Of a stretch of DNA of 64,000 nt, positions 35,297 to 44,881 are shown in pieces. The translations under genes and the position numbers were made by a program. Under the pieces are notes generated by a model, which saw nothing but the letters and a program-made list of their open reading frames with translations, made no database searches and was not told where the DNA came from. This DNA comes from Sedimentisphaerales bacterium (lineage in GTDB: Bacteria > Planctomycetota > Phycisphaerae > Sedimentisphaerales > Anaerobacaceae). Location: the NCBI GenBank assembly GCA_035342095.1, contig DAOQWL010000007.1:25015-89014 (forward strand), read 5' to 3'. The stretch's first letter is position 1, and every line of letters starts with the position of its first letter.

Positions 35297-36871
35297 TCAG
35301 GGTCGCCAGTACGCCTGCAGGGGCTCCATGCTCTTGTTGTGCCAGTCCGACGGGACGCTCCGTCGCAGAGGGTCCTCCAGACCGCTGAACTTGTCCAGCT
35401 CCACGCCCACGATCACCGCGTCGGCAGGGCGGTCGCCCACCATGTCGTCGATTGTATGCGGACCGACTGCGCGCGTGATCCGACGCTCCTCGGGCGTCAT
35501 TCGATCTGCGATCCGATAGACAATCGAGCCGCTGGAGAGTTCGGGGTAGATGTCACAGCCTGCTTCGAGGGCGTAGAGCGGCCCCAGGGTCAACACGCGC
35601 CTCGGCTCTTTCACCCGTTCGAGCATCGCCTGTGAGACTTGGTGTACTCGAATGGGTTCCCACCTCTCGGGGACGAGCGCGAACACGCATCGCGACAGCG
35701 CCGCCGACCCCACGAGAGCATCCAGGAGAATCGATATACCTGCCGCGGCGGGCAGGGCGACCGTCGCCGCACGCTTTGGCAGATCCTGGGAGGATGCCTG
35801 CCTCCGGGCAGCGGCCAACGGGTACGCCAAGGCAATCGCGATGAACGGGACCGGAACGGCCAGATACTGAAGCCACATCGTAGGGGGGATGTACGCAATC
35901 ACGAGGAACACCAGCGGCAGCACGACCGCTGCGAGCGCCTTTCGCCTCTCCTGGGCGTCCAGGTTCAAGCGGCGTCGCAGCCCGACCCACAGCAAACCGC
36001 ACCCGAGAACCAGAAGGACCAGGCTGGCGGGCATGGAGAACGCCTTGAAAGTCAGCGTGACCTTGTCGAACGTCATCCCGATCTCATGGAGCCACTGCCC
36101 GTAGAGGGTGGGGATTCGCACGAGGTTCAGACGGAACGCCTCCGGCGCCTGGGCGATCACCCACGCCGGCCAGGCCAGCGTCGCCAGGGCTCCCGCCAGG
36201 AAGGGCAGGGCGGTCCGGACCCTGTTCTTCAGGGAGCCGCCCGCCATCCAGAGGACAGCCGCCAGGAACACCGCCTCGACCAGCGCCGTCGTCACGCGCA
36301 TACAGGTTGCGGCGGTGAGCAGGGCGCCGATCAGCCCGACGCGCCAGCAGGTCCTTTGGGCGAAATCGGCGGTCGTGAGCAGCCACAAGGCCGCAACTAC
36401 GCACAGGATCACCACGTCGTGGTTCCACGCATACCCTGCGGCGTAGTCCACGAACGGGTTGAAGACATACAGTGCGGCCGCCGCGAGGCCGAACAGCGAT
36501 CCCTCGGTCCGACGGGGTGCGAACACTGAGCGGTAGATCTGGAGAATCACGAGGACGACGAGGACGTCGCTGACGACCGAGACCAATCGGCCCACGAGCA
36601 GGTAGTGCGTCGTGCCCAGGACCTTGTAGCAGGCCGCGAGCAGCAAAGGGTGGTAGGGCAGTTGCGAGGGATAGGAGAAGTCTCGGTAGATGAGCTTGCC
36701 CTGTGCCAGCATCGCGCCGGCGGTGCAGTACATCTGTTCGTCGCGTGCGATCTCCTTGCTCATGCTGTTGGCCAGGATTGCGACGGCAAGCACGAGGATC
36801 ATGCCCACCGCCAGGAACGGGATGAACGTCCCTGAGGTCAAAGGCCGGTCGCCGGCATCAAGGGACGGCAT
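35297..36871 (-). CDS. Polytopic membrane glycosyltransferase (GT39/GT83 ArnT/PMT-like)
   Basis: About 12 hydrophobic segments followed by a soluble C-terminal domain. The start could be 36871 or 36934. Confidence 0.6.
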   Translation of the reverse strand: MPSLDAGDRPLTSGTFIPFLAVGMILVLAVAILANSMSKEIARDEQMYCTAGAMLAQGKLIYRDFSYPSQLPYHPLLLAACYKVLGTTHYLLVGRLVSVVSDVLVVLVILQIYRSVFAPRRTEGSLFGLAAAALYVFNPFVDYAAGYAWNHDVVILCVVAALWLLTTADFAQRTCWRVGLIGALLTAATCMRVTTALVEAVFLAAVLWMAGGSLKNRVRTALPFLAGALATLAWPAWVIAQAPEAFRLNLVRIPTLYGQWLHEIGMTFDKVTLTFKAFSMPASLVLLVLGCGLLWVGLRRRLNLDAQERRKALAAVVLPLVFLVIAYIPPTMWLQYLAVPVPFIAIALAYPLAAARRQASSQDLPKRAATVALPAAAGISILLDALVGSAALSRCVFALVPERWEPIRVHQVSQAMLERVKEPRRVLTLGPLYALEAGCDIYPELSSGSIVYRIADRMTPEERRITRAVGPHTIDDMVGDRPADAVIVGVELDKFSGLEDPLRRSVPSDWHNKSMEPLQAYWRP

Positions 36872-36899
36872 CCTGCCACCAGATACGCCCGTCCTACGT

Positions 36900-37907
36900 C
36901 TACCATTCCGCGAGTTCACCCATGAGCTCCTCAACGAGGTCCTTCATCGTGACAATCCCCACCGGCACATCCCGCCCACTGCGCCGCCGGGTCACGAGAA
37001 TCATCTTGACCTGCTCTCGGCGCAGCGTCTCGATCGCCTCGGTCACGAGGGTATCCGTGTCCAGGCTCCGAATCGGCTGGAGAAAGCCCTCGACGGTCCG
37101 GAACTCCTCCGCGGAGGCGAGGGCTTCGTAGACATTGACGAAGCCGATCACATTGGCGGGGCCGTCCCCACAGACCAGCAGGCGAGTGAACGCCTGTCGC
37201 TTGAGCCCTTCCAGCAGGGCGGCCCGGTCGGTCTCCAGCGGTATTGCCTGGACACGCGGCATGGGGATCATCACCGTGCCCAGACGCAGGTTCGGGATGT
37301 TCACGACGCGGTCGAGCATTTCCGTCTGCATATGGCTCAACGGTCCTTCCTCCTGCATGTCGCGCAGGATGGCCTTTACCTGGTGGATCTGGCTGGACAC
37401 CATCATCTTCTTCGACGGGATCGGCGCCCCGCCCAGACGGGCCAGAGACCGAGAGATCATCCCCAGGAGCGGCACGACGCCCGACCAGGTCAGAACCTTG
37501 TGGATCGCATAGACAAAAGGTCCGAGGTACGGCGTCAGGACATCCGGGCGATACAGGAAGGTGTTCTTCGGCAGCGACTCGCCGAAGACGAACAACAGTG
37601 GGGCGGTCAGCGACGTGGCCAGCAGCTCCGCCGTGCGGTCCGAGGCGACTGTCAGAAACAGGTACGTGATGCTGCTCGTTGCCAGATAGTTGGCGAGGTT
37701 GTTCGCGACCAGCAGCGTCAGGAGCAGGGAGGAACCGTCGCACAAGGCCTGGCTCAGCAGTACATATCTCAACTCGCCCCGCTCCGCTCCCAGACGCAGG
37801 CGGAGCCGACTCAGACGGTAGATCCCGGTTTCCAGGCCGGAGAACATGCCCGAGAGAACCACGGTAACCAGCGCCAGTGTCAACGCGATGCCCATACGCC
37901 TATCCAT
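36900..37907 (-). CDS. CNNM (DUF21) + CBS-pair membrane protein (hemolysin/CorC family), short paralogue
   Basis: N-terminal DUF21 TM region (SGLETGIYRLSRLRL) and a CBS pair. Overlaps the upstream paralogue by 8 nt. Confidence 0.8.
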   Translation of the reverse strand: MDRRMGIALTLALVTVVLSGMFSGLETGIYRLSRLRLRLGAERGELRYVLLSQALCDGSSLLLTLLVANNLANYLATSSITYLFLTVASDRTAELLATSLTAPLLFVFGESLPKNTFLYRPDVLTPYLGPFVYAIHKVLTWSGVVPLLGMISRSLARLGGAPIPSKKMMVSSQIHQVKAILRDMQEEGPLSHMQTEMLDRVVNIPNLRLGTVMIPMPRVQAIPLETDRAALLEGLKRQAFTRLLVCGDGPANVIGFVNVYEALASAEEFRTVEGFLQPIRSLDTDTLVTEAIETLRREQVKMILVTRRRSGRDVPVGIVTMKDLVEELMGELAEW

Positions 37908-39165
37908 CCGACTTGATCGGCTCGAACGACAGAATCACCGTCTCGATGCGGTGCTTGTTCATTCGGTCCACGGTGAACTTCAGGTTCCCCATGTGGGCGA
38001 TGTCGCCCTCGCGCGGGATCTTGCCCAGCAGCGTGGTCACAAGTCCGCCGATGGTGGACAAACGGGTCTCCTCGATATCGACCCCGAACACGTCCGCCCA
38101 GTCGTGGATGGCCAGGTCGCCCGCGAGACGGTACTCGAAGGGACCCAACTGCATCATCGGCTCGATGTCCGAGACGTGCTCCATCCGCCCGAACAGCTCC
38201 TCGGCGATATCTTCCGGGCGGACCGCCCCGGCAATCCCGCCGTACTCGTCTACCACCACAGCCATATCCGTCCCTGTCTTACGGAAGAAATCCAGCAGCG
38301 ACTCGACCGTCTTCTGTTCGGGAACGAAATGCACAGGCTGGACGAGCCGGTCGATCGAGGCTTCGGGCTTCAAGAGCAACTGGCGCAGATGAATCGTCCC
38401 CACGATGTTGTCCAGTTTCTTCACGTAGACCGGCATCCTGGTCAGCCATCGTTTCTGCATGCGCTCGCGGACGACCGCCGGAGGTTCGATCACGTCGCAG
38501 GCCACCATGTCCACCCGCGGCTGCATCACATGCCGGACCTTGAGCAGGCCCAACTCGACCACCTCGCCGATGAGCTTGTTCTGGCTGGCGGTGATCAGGC
38601 CCCGCTGGCGGCTGAGATTCACCAGCGAGCGGAACTCCGCCAGGGTGATCATCTCGGGCGAGCGGGCCCCGCCAAAGAGCAGGCGGAGAATCGGCTCCAG
38701 GATCACAACGCGGAACACCAAGGCGACCGGACCGAGCACCTGCATGGCCAGGAAGACCGGAACCGTGACTGCAATCGCCAGGGAGCGCGAGTCCGCGTAG
38801 GTCACTGATTTGGGCACGATCTCGCCGAACACGACGAGGGCGACGAAGGTGGCCGCAGCCGTGCCGGTCGCGGCCCCGAACCCCCAGGCCTGACCGATGC
38901 GCAGGACGAGCACGCTGGACGAAGCGAAGTACAGGACATTGACGGTGATATTCGCCAACAGCAGGCAGTTCAGCAGGTGCCCGGGCTTCTGGAGCAGGTG
39001 CGCCGTGAGTTTGTGGACCCGATGGCCAGAGGTCCGCAGTTGCTTGATTTGCCGGCGGGTCAGGTTGAACAGGGCCGTCTCGGATGCCGAGAAGAACGCG
39101 GAGCCACAGAGCAGCAGAAGCATCACGATGGAATGGCCGAGGTGTTGGTAGACTTGGGCAATCAT
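37900..39165 (-). CDS. CNNM (DUF21) + CBS-pair + CorC_HlyC domain transporter
   Basis: FFSASETALFNLTRRQI, a CBS pair and the C-terminal GDIAHMGNLKFTVDRMNKHRIETV. The ATG overlaps the kinase stop (ATGA). Confidence 0.85.
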   Translation of the reverse strand: MIAQVYQHLGHSIVMLLLLCGSAFFSASETALFNLTRRQIKQLRTSGHRVHKLTAHLLQKPGHLLNCLLLANITVNVLYFASSSVLVLRIGQAWGFGAATGTAAATFVALVVFGEIVPKSVTYADSRSLAIAVTVPVFLAMQVLGPVALVFRVVILEPILRLLFGGARSPEMITLAEFRSLVNLSRQRGLITASQNKLIGEVVELGLLKVRHVMQPRVDMVACDVIEPPAVVRERMQKRWLTRMPVYVKKLDNIVGTIHLRQLLLKPEASIDRLVQPVHFVPEQKTVESLLDFFRKTGTDMAVVVDEYGGIAGAVRPEDIAEELFGRMEHVSDIEPMMQLGPFEYRLAGDLAIHDWADVFGVDIEETRLSTIGGLVTTLLGKIPREGDIAHMGNLKFTVDRMNKHRIETVILSFEPIKSDG

Positions 39166-39974
39166 GGCCGATCGTGCGGCGGGGTCCGCGGCAGGCGAAT
39201 CGTGAACGTGCTCCCCCGGCCGACCCGCGACGTGACGCCGATCTCGCCGCCATGCGCGTCCGCGATCCGTTTGCAGAAGGCCAGACCGACTCCCGAGCCG
39301 GAGCCGGTGGGGGAGTCCTTCGCGGTCTTGGTCGTGAAAAAAGGCCGGAAGATGTTCGCCATATGCTCGGCGGGAATGCCGTGGCCGGTGTCGCTCACCG
39401 CCAGCGTGACATGGTCGTCCTCCGTCGCCGCGATCACCTTGAGAATCCCCCCGCCGGGCAGCATCGCCTCGCGGGCGTTCAGGATCAGGTTCATCAGCAC
39501 CTGTTCGATCTGGACCGGCACGCAGTTGACGCACACGCCGTCGGGAATGTCCGTCTGCACCGTGATGGCGTCCTTGGCCAGGTCCCGGCACAGGCAGGTG
39601 AACACCTGCTCGACGAGCGTCTTGACCGCCACCTGTTCCCGCTGGCTCTTCTGGCCGTTGGCCATGGCGAGCATGCTCTGCATGATCTTGGAGGCCCGCT
39701 GGCAGTTCCGCACCGTCTTGTCGAGGACCTTCTTCGCCAGTTCCGTATCATTCGGGTTCTGCACCGCCAGCGCCGCATAGGTCGTCAGCGGGGTCAGGAG
39801 GTTGTTGATCTCGTGCGCGATCATGCACGTGGCGGACCCGAGCGTCGCCAGCGCCTGAAGCTGCAGATTCTGGGACCGCAGCGCGGTGTTCTCCTCTTCC
39901 TTCCGGGCAAGGCATTGATGCAACGACAGGCGTTTTTCGATGATGCTTGTCAACGGCACACTCCTTGTATACAA
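39162..39974 (-). CDS. Cytoplasmic histidine kinase without a sensor or TM domain
   Basis: Coiled-coil, H-box MIAHEINNLLTPL, N-box LILNAREAM, and G-boxes DTGHGIP / GSGVGLAF. No ATG start. A TTG at 39953 preceded by AAGGAG is plausible. Confidence 0.8.
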   Translation of the reverse strand: MYTRSVPLTSIIEKRLSLHQCLARKEEENTALRSQNLQLQALATLGSATCMIAHEINNLLTPLTTYAALAVQNPNDTELAKKVLDKTVRNCQRASKIMQSMLAMANGQKSQREQVAVKTLVEQVFTCLCRDLAKDAITVQTDIPDGVCVNCVPVQIEQVLMNLILNAREAMLPGGGILKVIAATEDDHVTLAVSDTGHGIPAEHMANIFRPFFTTKTAKDSPTGSGSGVGLAFCKRIADAHGGEIGVTSRVGRGSTFTIRLPRTPPHDRP

Positions 39975-40118
39975 TCCCTTCTTGGTGTCCGTACCGGAGC
40001 ATTATCCACCGCCAGCGGCCGTCCCACAAGGGGCTACCCCGCCAGGCGGCCGGTTTTTTTGGAGCGGTCCGCCGAATCCGGTACTGTGAATCCGTGGAAC
40101 CGACCGGGAGTGTACCGA

Positions 40119-40592
40119 ATGGCTGAAGACAGCAAGAGCCGGGGCAAACTGCCTATTGTCCTTGTTGTGGACGACAACCAGCAGAACCTCGAATTGATCC
40201 AGGCCTACCTGGAGGATGTCGAGTGCCAGGCGGAAGCGGCCCACGACGGGATCGAGGCCCTCGAGCGGGTGGCCCGGAAGAAGCCCGATTTGATTCTCCT
40301 CGACGTCATGATGCCCAAGATGAGCGGTTTCGAGGTCTGCCGCAGACTCAAGAACAACCCGCAGACCGCCGACATCCCGGTCATCATGGTGACTGCCCTG
40401 AACGAGTTCGGCGACATCGAGCGGGGCCTCGACTCCGGCGCCGACGATTTCGTCAGCAAACCGATCAACCGCCTGGAGTTGCTCACGCGAATCCGAACCA
40501 TGCTCCGACTCAAACACGTCACGGATCGTCTCCAGCGGACCCTGGCCTATCTGGGCGAAATCGAGGGACACGCCCAGGCCGACGACAGATAA
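40119..40592 (+). CDS. Stand-alone CheY-like response regulator
   Basis: VLVVDDNQQNL, DLILLDVMMPKMSGFEV and DDFVSKP. Only the last 158 codons of the 502-aa track ORF are used. Confidence 0.9.
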   Translation: MAEDSKSRGKLPIVLVVDDNQQNLELIQAYLEDVECQAEAAHDGIEALERVARKKPDLILLDVMMPKMSGFEVCRRLKNNPQTADIPVIMVTALNEFGDIERGLDSGADDFVSKPINRLELLTRIRTMLRLKHVTDRLQRTLAYLGEIEGHAQADDR

Positions 40593-40843
40593 CCTCATCG
40601 AGAGTCCGTCCCTGTGGACCGCGTGTCACCCGGCGGGGGGGGGGCGCCTCCGCAGACTGCCCGATAACACGTCCTCCAATCCCAGACAGACCCTACAGCA
40701 CACACAACCGCCACGTTGACGCTTCGGAAGGCCCTTGCGAGTGGCCGCGTCCCGGAACGGGGGTTAACACCCTGTTCGAATTGGACGATAGCTCAACAGT
40801 ACTCTTTTTCCTACATCACGTGGCAGAATATCAGGAGTGAGGG

Positions 40844-42445
40844 ATGTGCGGTTTGTTGGAGATTCTCGGCAAGGCCATTGCAGTCAACACCTCCGAACTG
40901 ATCTGGCACTGGCTCCATGAGCGAAGACGGGCCCAGGCGGATACCGACATGTCCGAGAATCCGCAAGTGGACCACGTCCTCGACCTCATGGGCCACGGCA
41001 AATTCTCGGAGGCCCGAGAGCAGGTGAAGCTGTATCTGTTCAGTCGTCCATCCTGCTGTCTGGGGCGAATGGCCGCCGCCGCGTTGCTGTTGCAGGAGAA
41101 CGACCTCAAGGAGGCCATCCAGGAACTCAACTCGATCTACACGCGACAGCCCAGCAACACGCTGGCTCTGTATGCCCTGGGCCATTGTTACGAGCGACTG
41201 GGCTACGAGGCCCAAGCCGTGGAGTTCTACCAGGACTGCATCAAATTCAACAGTCAGCTCCAACTGCCCGCCCAGCGACTGGCCGCGATCTACTTCAAAG
41301 ACGGACGTATCCCCGACGCCATCGCCCAGTACGAACCGTTGAAGGAGTTCTATCCGGACGACATCTCCACCCTGGTCATGCTCGGGCATCTATACACCGC
41401 CATGGGCGAGTACCCGAAGGCCATTGCCACCTTCAACACGGCTATCCTGATCCACCCGGACAACTTCATCGCTCCCGACGACACGCTCGAACAGCACCTG
41501 TGCGAGGGGCAGTTCCAGGAGGCGCTGGATCGCGTAGAGATCCTCCTGACCGAGGAGCCCGACCGGGCGGACCTGATCGCCAAGCAGGCCGATATCGTGA
41601 GCATGATGGGGGGGATCAGCGATGCGATTGCCCTGTACCAGCAAGCCTTGCGGATCTGCCCGGACTTTCTGGAGGTGACCATCAAGCTGGGCACCAGCTA
41701 CCTGAAGATGCACGCCGACCAGCTTGCCGCTCAGCAATTCAACAAGGCCATCGAGATCAACGACGAGATCGTCGAGGCCTACATGGGCCTGGCCGCGGCC
41801 CAGAAGCTGGCCGGACAGGACGCGGAGGCGTTGAACACCCTGTCGCTGGCATCGGCCATCCAGCCCAATACGTCGTTCCTGTTCGCCGAGACCGCCAAGC
41901 TCATCTTGAAGGCGGCCCTCGAAGCCAACCTGCTGCCGGCCCCAACGGACGGACGGTCTCTGGAACAGACCATTCTGGCTGCCCACGAACGCCAGTCGGT
42001 TCGCTTCCCGCACAATCCCGATCTGCACTACAGGCTGGGCATCCTCCACATGAACGCCTTGCACCTCCAGGAAGCCTGCGACTGCTTCCAGGCGGCTCTG
42101 CAGATCAACCCGACGTTCGCACGCGCCGCCACGAAGCTGGCCGTCGCGTTGTTCGAGCTCGGCAGAGCGCCGGAGGCCCTCGCGCTGATCGCGCCGCCGC
42201 AGGAGTACGACGCCAAGACGCTGGATCTGTACTACAAGACCGCGCTGTTGTACTGCAACCGGGTGAAGTTCGCGTCCTCGGTCATCAACCTCCAGCGACA
42301 GATCGACCAGAAGGCCGGCACAGGCGTCGATCCTGCGACGAACATTTCGATCGTCCTGCAGAATCTCGGCCTCTCGGACACGATTGGCCTGATGTGGGAG
42401 AATCTCTGCCAGACCGCGGCCCATGCAGCCGTCGGAAGCCCGTGA
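40844..42445 (+). CDS. TPR-repeat protein
   Basis: Repeated A..Y/F...P TPR units (ALYALGHCYERLGYEAQAVEFYQDCIKFN and others). AGGAGTGAGGG lies upstream of the ATG. Confidence 0.75.
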   Translation: MCGLLEILGKAIAVNTSELIWHWLHERRRAQADTDMSENPQVDHVLDLMGHGKFSEAREQVKLYLFSRPSCCLGRMAAAALLLQENDLKEAIQELNSIYTRQPSNTLALYALGHCYERLGYEAQAVEFYQDCIKFNSQLQLPAQRLAAIYFKDGRIPDAIAQYEPLKEFYPDDISTLVMLGHLYTAMGEYPKAIATFNTAILIHPDNFIAPDDTLEQHLCEGQFQEALDRVEILLTEEPDRADLIAKQADIVSMMGGISDAIALYQQALRICPDFLEVTIKLGTSYLKMHADQLAAQQFNKAIEINDEIVEAYMGLAAAQKLAGQDAEALNTLSLASAIQPNTSFLFAETAKLILKAALEANLLPAPTDGRSLEQTILAAHERQSVRFPHNPDLHYRLGILHMNALHLQEACDCFQAALQINPTFARAATKLAVALFELGRAPEALALIAPPQEYDAKTLDLYYKTALLYCNRVKFASSVINLQRQIDQKAGTGVDPATNISIVLQNLGLSDTIGLMWENLCQTAAHAAVGSP

Positions 42446-42601
42446 AAAGGGCCGAAATCATGCCGCACAGACCGATCCGCCCGAGCAACCCCAATGAAAC
42501 ATAACATATCTTATGGGACGTTGAGGAGGGGGGCTTCATCGCCCATTTCTGTGCGAGGAGGATCGGTCCCAGCCCATCATTGCGGGCGGTCCGCCACCCT
42601 T

Positions 42602-43285
42602 TCAGAACATGGATGCTTCCTCTGAGGGGCTACGCAGAGCCATCGGCTTGCCAAGGATCTCGTAGTGCAGGATGGCTTTCCTGAGTGCGTCGGAGTCCGC
42701 GGCGTCGAAGACCTCGTCGTACGGGAACGACTGGGATTGTGTGTCCGGCCGTGACGCAGGCTTCCGGGCAGGCTCGATCGAAACCGGCCGCAACGACCGC
42801 TCGATGGGCAACTCGACCTCCGGCTCGACCGGCCGGGGCCAGGCGGTCTTCTGATTGACGGGAACGGCGTCGTACACTGCCTCACGGACCGGCGAAGGCG
42901 CGGGACGCTCGTAGACCATGACGGAGTCGCCCTGGGCCCCGCGGCGGATCGTGATTTTGCCGGTAGGCGGCTGAGGAGCCTGCGAGAAGGGTCGCGGACG
43001 AGTCTGGGGCTTTGGCTGCCCAGCCTGTGCCTGCTGAGCGGCCTGCTGGATCTCCTGGGCCTTGCGAGCCAGGCGCTCGTGCCACGTCTCTCGCCGGCGG
43101 GCTTGGCCCTTGGCCTGTTCCTTCTGCTGACCCGGCTGGCTGGCGCCCTTCCTGGCGGTGAGTGCCTTGGCCATGGCGCCCCCCAGCCAGAGGACCGCCA
43201 TCACGACGATGACGAGGATATCGCCCCATCGGTCGATATCCAGCCCTTGGGCCAGGAGATCAAGTTGTGTGATCCACGGTGCCAT
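42602..43285 (-). CDS. Hypothetical membrane-anchored protein with a Gln/Ala/Pro-rich linker
   Basis: One N-terminal TM segment (ILVIVVMAVLWLGGAM) followed by low-complexity sequence. Lies 35 nt downstream of floA on the same strand. Confidence 0.5.
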   Translation of the reverse strand: MAPWITQLDLLAQGLDIDRWGDILVIVVMAVLWLGGAMAKALTARKGASQPGQQKEQAKGQARRRETWHERLARKAQEIQQAAQQAQAGQPKPQTRPRPFSQAPQPPTGKITIRRGAQGDSVMVYERPAPSPVREAVYDAVPVNQKTAWPRPVEPEVELPIERSLRPVSIEPARKPASRPDTQSQSFPYDEVFDAADSDALRKAILHYEILGKPMALRSPSEEASMF

Positions 43286-43320
43286 CAGCAACGGCCCACC
43301 TTAGCTGCAACTCAAGACGC

Positions 43321-44322
43321 CTAGTCCGTCTTCTTCGGCTTGGCGATCGACTCGCGCATCTGCGTATCGGCGCCGATGTTCTTGAGCCGGTAGTAATCCA
43401 TGATGCCCAGATTGCCCGCACGGAAGGCCTCGGAGATGGCCAGCGGGACCTTCGCTTCGTTCTCGACGACGAGCGCCCGCATTTCCTGCTCCCGCGCAAC
43501 GGCCATGGCGCGTCGTTTCTCGGCTTCGGCTTTGGCCCGCCGCATATCGGCTTCCGCCTGGGCCGCCTGGAGCTGCGCGCCGACGTTCTCGCCGACGTCC
43601 ACGTCCGCGATATCGATCGAGAGAATCTCGAACGCGCTGCCGGCGTCGAGCCCTTTGTCCAGCACCGCCTTGGAGATCCGGTCCGGGTTCTCGAGCACGT
43701 TCTTGTACGTAATGGCGCTGCCGATCGTCGTCACGATGCCCTCGCCGACGCGGGCGATGATCGTCTCTTCCGTGGCGCCGCCGACGAGGCGCTGGATGTT
43801 CGTCCGCACGGTCACGCGGGCCTTGGCCCTCAACTGGATCCCGTCCTGGGCGACCGCGTCGATGGTCTCCTTGCCTTTCTTCGGGTCGGGGCAGTCGATC
43901 ACCTTCGGATTGACGCTGGTCTGAATGGCGTCGAGGATGTCCCGCCCTGCCAGGTCAATGGCGGTGGCCGTCTTGAAGCTCAGGTCGATGTTGGCGCGAT
44001 CCGCCGCGATGAGCGCCCGCACGACGTTCGGGACGCGCCCGCCCGCCAGGTAGTGACTTTCGAGGTCTTTCGTTGTCAGTTCCAGGCCCGCCTGGACCGC
44101 GGTGATCTTGCTCAGTACGATGGTCCGAGAATCCACACGGCGAAGCCACATCCCGATCAGCTCGCTGAGTCGGACATCGGCGCGGGAGAAGTACGCTTGC
44201 AGCCACAACCGTGCGAATTTCAGCACGATCAGGGCCACCACCAGTACCCCGATCCCGATGATGATCAGAATCCCCGCGATCATCGGATCAAGCTGCAGCA
44301 ACACTCCATCGATTTGTGACAT
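43321..44322 (-). CDS. floA: Flotillin-like protein FloA (SPFH domain, UPF0365)
   Basis: [28 protein letters not shown]...[22 protein letters not shown]...[12 protein letters not shown] closely parallels Bacillus FloA/YqfA. Confidence 0.9.
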   Translation of the reverse strand: MSQIDGVLLQLDPMIAGILIIIGIGVLVVALIVLKFARLWLQAYFSRADVRLSELIGMWLRRVDSRTIVLSKITAVQAGLELTTKDLESHYLAGGRVPNVVRALIAADRANIDLSFKTATAIDLAGRDILDAIQTSVNPKVIDCPDPKKGKETIDAVAQDGIQLRAKARVTVRTNIQRLVGGATEETIIARVGEGIVTTIGSAITYKNVLENPDRISKAVLDKGLDAGSAFEILSIDIADVDVGENVGAQLQAAQAEADMRRAKAEAEKRRAMAVAREQEMRALVVENEAKVPLAISEAFRAGNLGIMDYYRLKNIGADTQMRESIAKPKKTD

Positions 44323-44337
44323 CTTCCGATCCTTTCC

Positions 44338-44832
44338 CTAAGCCTCGTCCATGACCCGCACGGTCACCTGGGTCCCTTCGACGCGAATCACCTTGACCTG
44401 TCTATCCTTCTGTAGATACCCGGATTCGGCGACACATTCAACCCTTCGCCCGTCGAAATCGCACATGCCCACGGGGCGCATCGTCGTGATCACCGTGCCC
44501 GCGCGTCCGATCAGGCGAGCCAGTTCCGGCGTGTCCGCGATCGCATCGCCGCGATCCCGGGTCGGCGGCGTCAGGATTACCCGCCGGCCGAACCGTGTCT
44601 TTGGCAACACCTTGTAGGCCAGCGCCAACAGCAGCGGCACCATCACCAGAGCAACGACCACGCCGATCCATCCGGCAACCGGACTGTGTTGAAAGAAGAT
44701 CCAGAGGCCGCCCACGAGACACGCCATCGCACAGATGCCCAACAACCCGGCGCTCGGAATGAAGACCTCCGCGACGATCAATACGGCGCAGGCGAAGAAC
44801 AGGAAAACTGCGAACAAGAGCCACCAATCCAC
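44338..44832 (-). CDS. NfeD-family membrane protein (short form, C-terminal OB fold)
   Basis: Three or four TM segments followed by GRAGTVITTMRPVGMCDFDGRRVECVAESGYL...VKVIRVEG. GTG start. Confidence 0.75.
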   Translation of the reverse strand: MDWWLLFAVFLFFACAVLIVAEVFIPSAGLLGICAMACLVGGLWIFFQHSPVAGWIGVVVALVMVPLLLALAYKVLPKTRFGRRVILTPPTRDRGDAIADTPELARLIGRAGTVITTMRPVGMCDFDGRRVECVAESGYLQKDRQVKVIRVEGTQVTVRVMDEA

Positions 44833-44881
44833 CAGCGTTTCCTTCCTTTCCGAGGCGCAGTTCCGGCCGGGCGTTCCGGCC

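Noticed and set aside
39084-40592. 502-aa ORF-track version of the CheY-like regulator; the 563-aa version of the CNNM gene (37900-39591) is a similar case
   Set aside because: The N-terminal extensions run antisense or out of frame through the histidine kinase gene. The real starts are ATG 40119 and ATG 39165.
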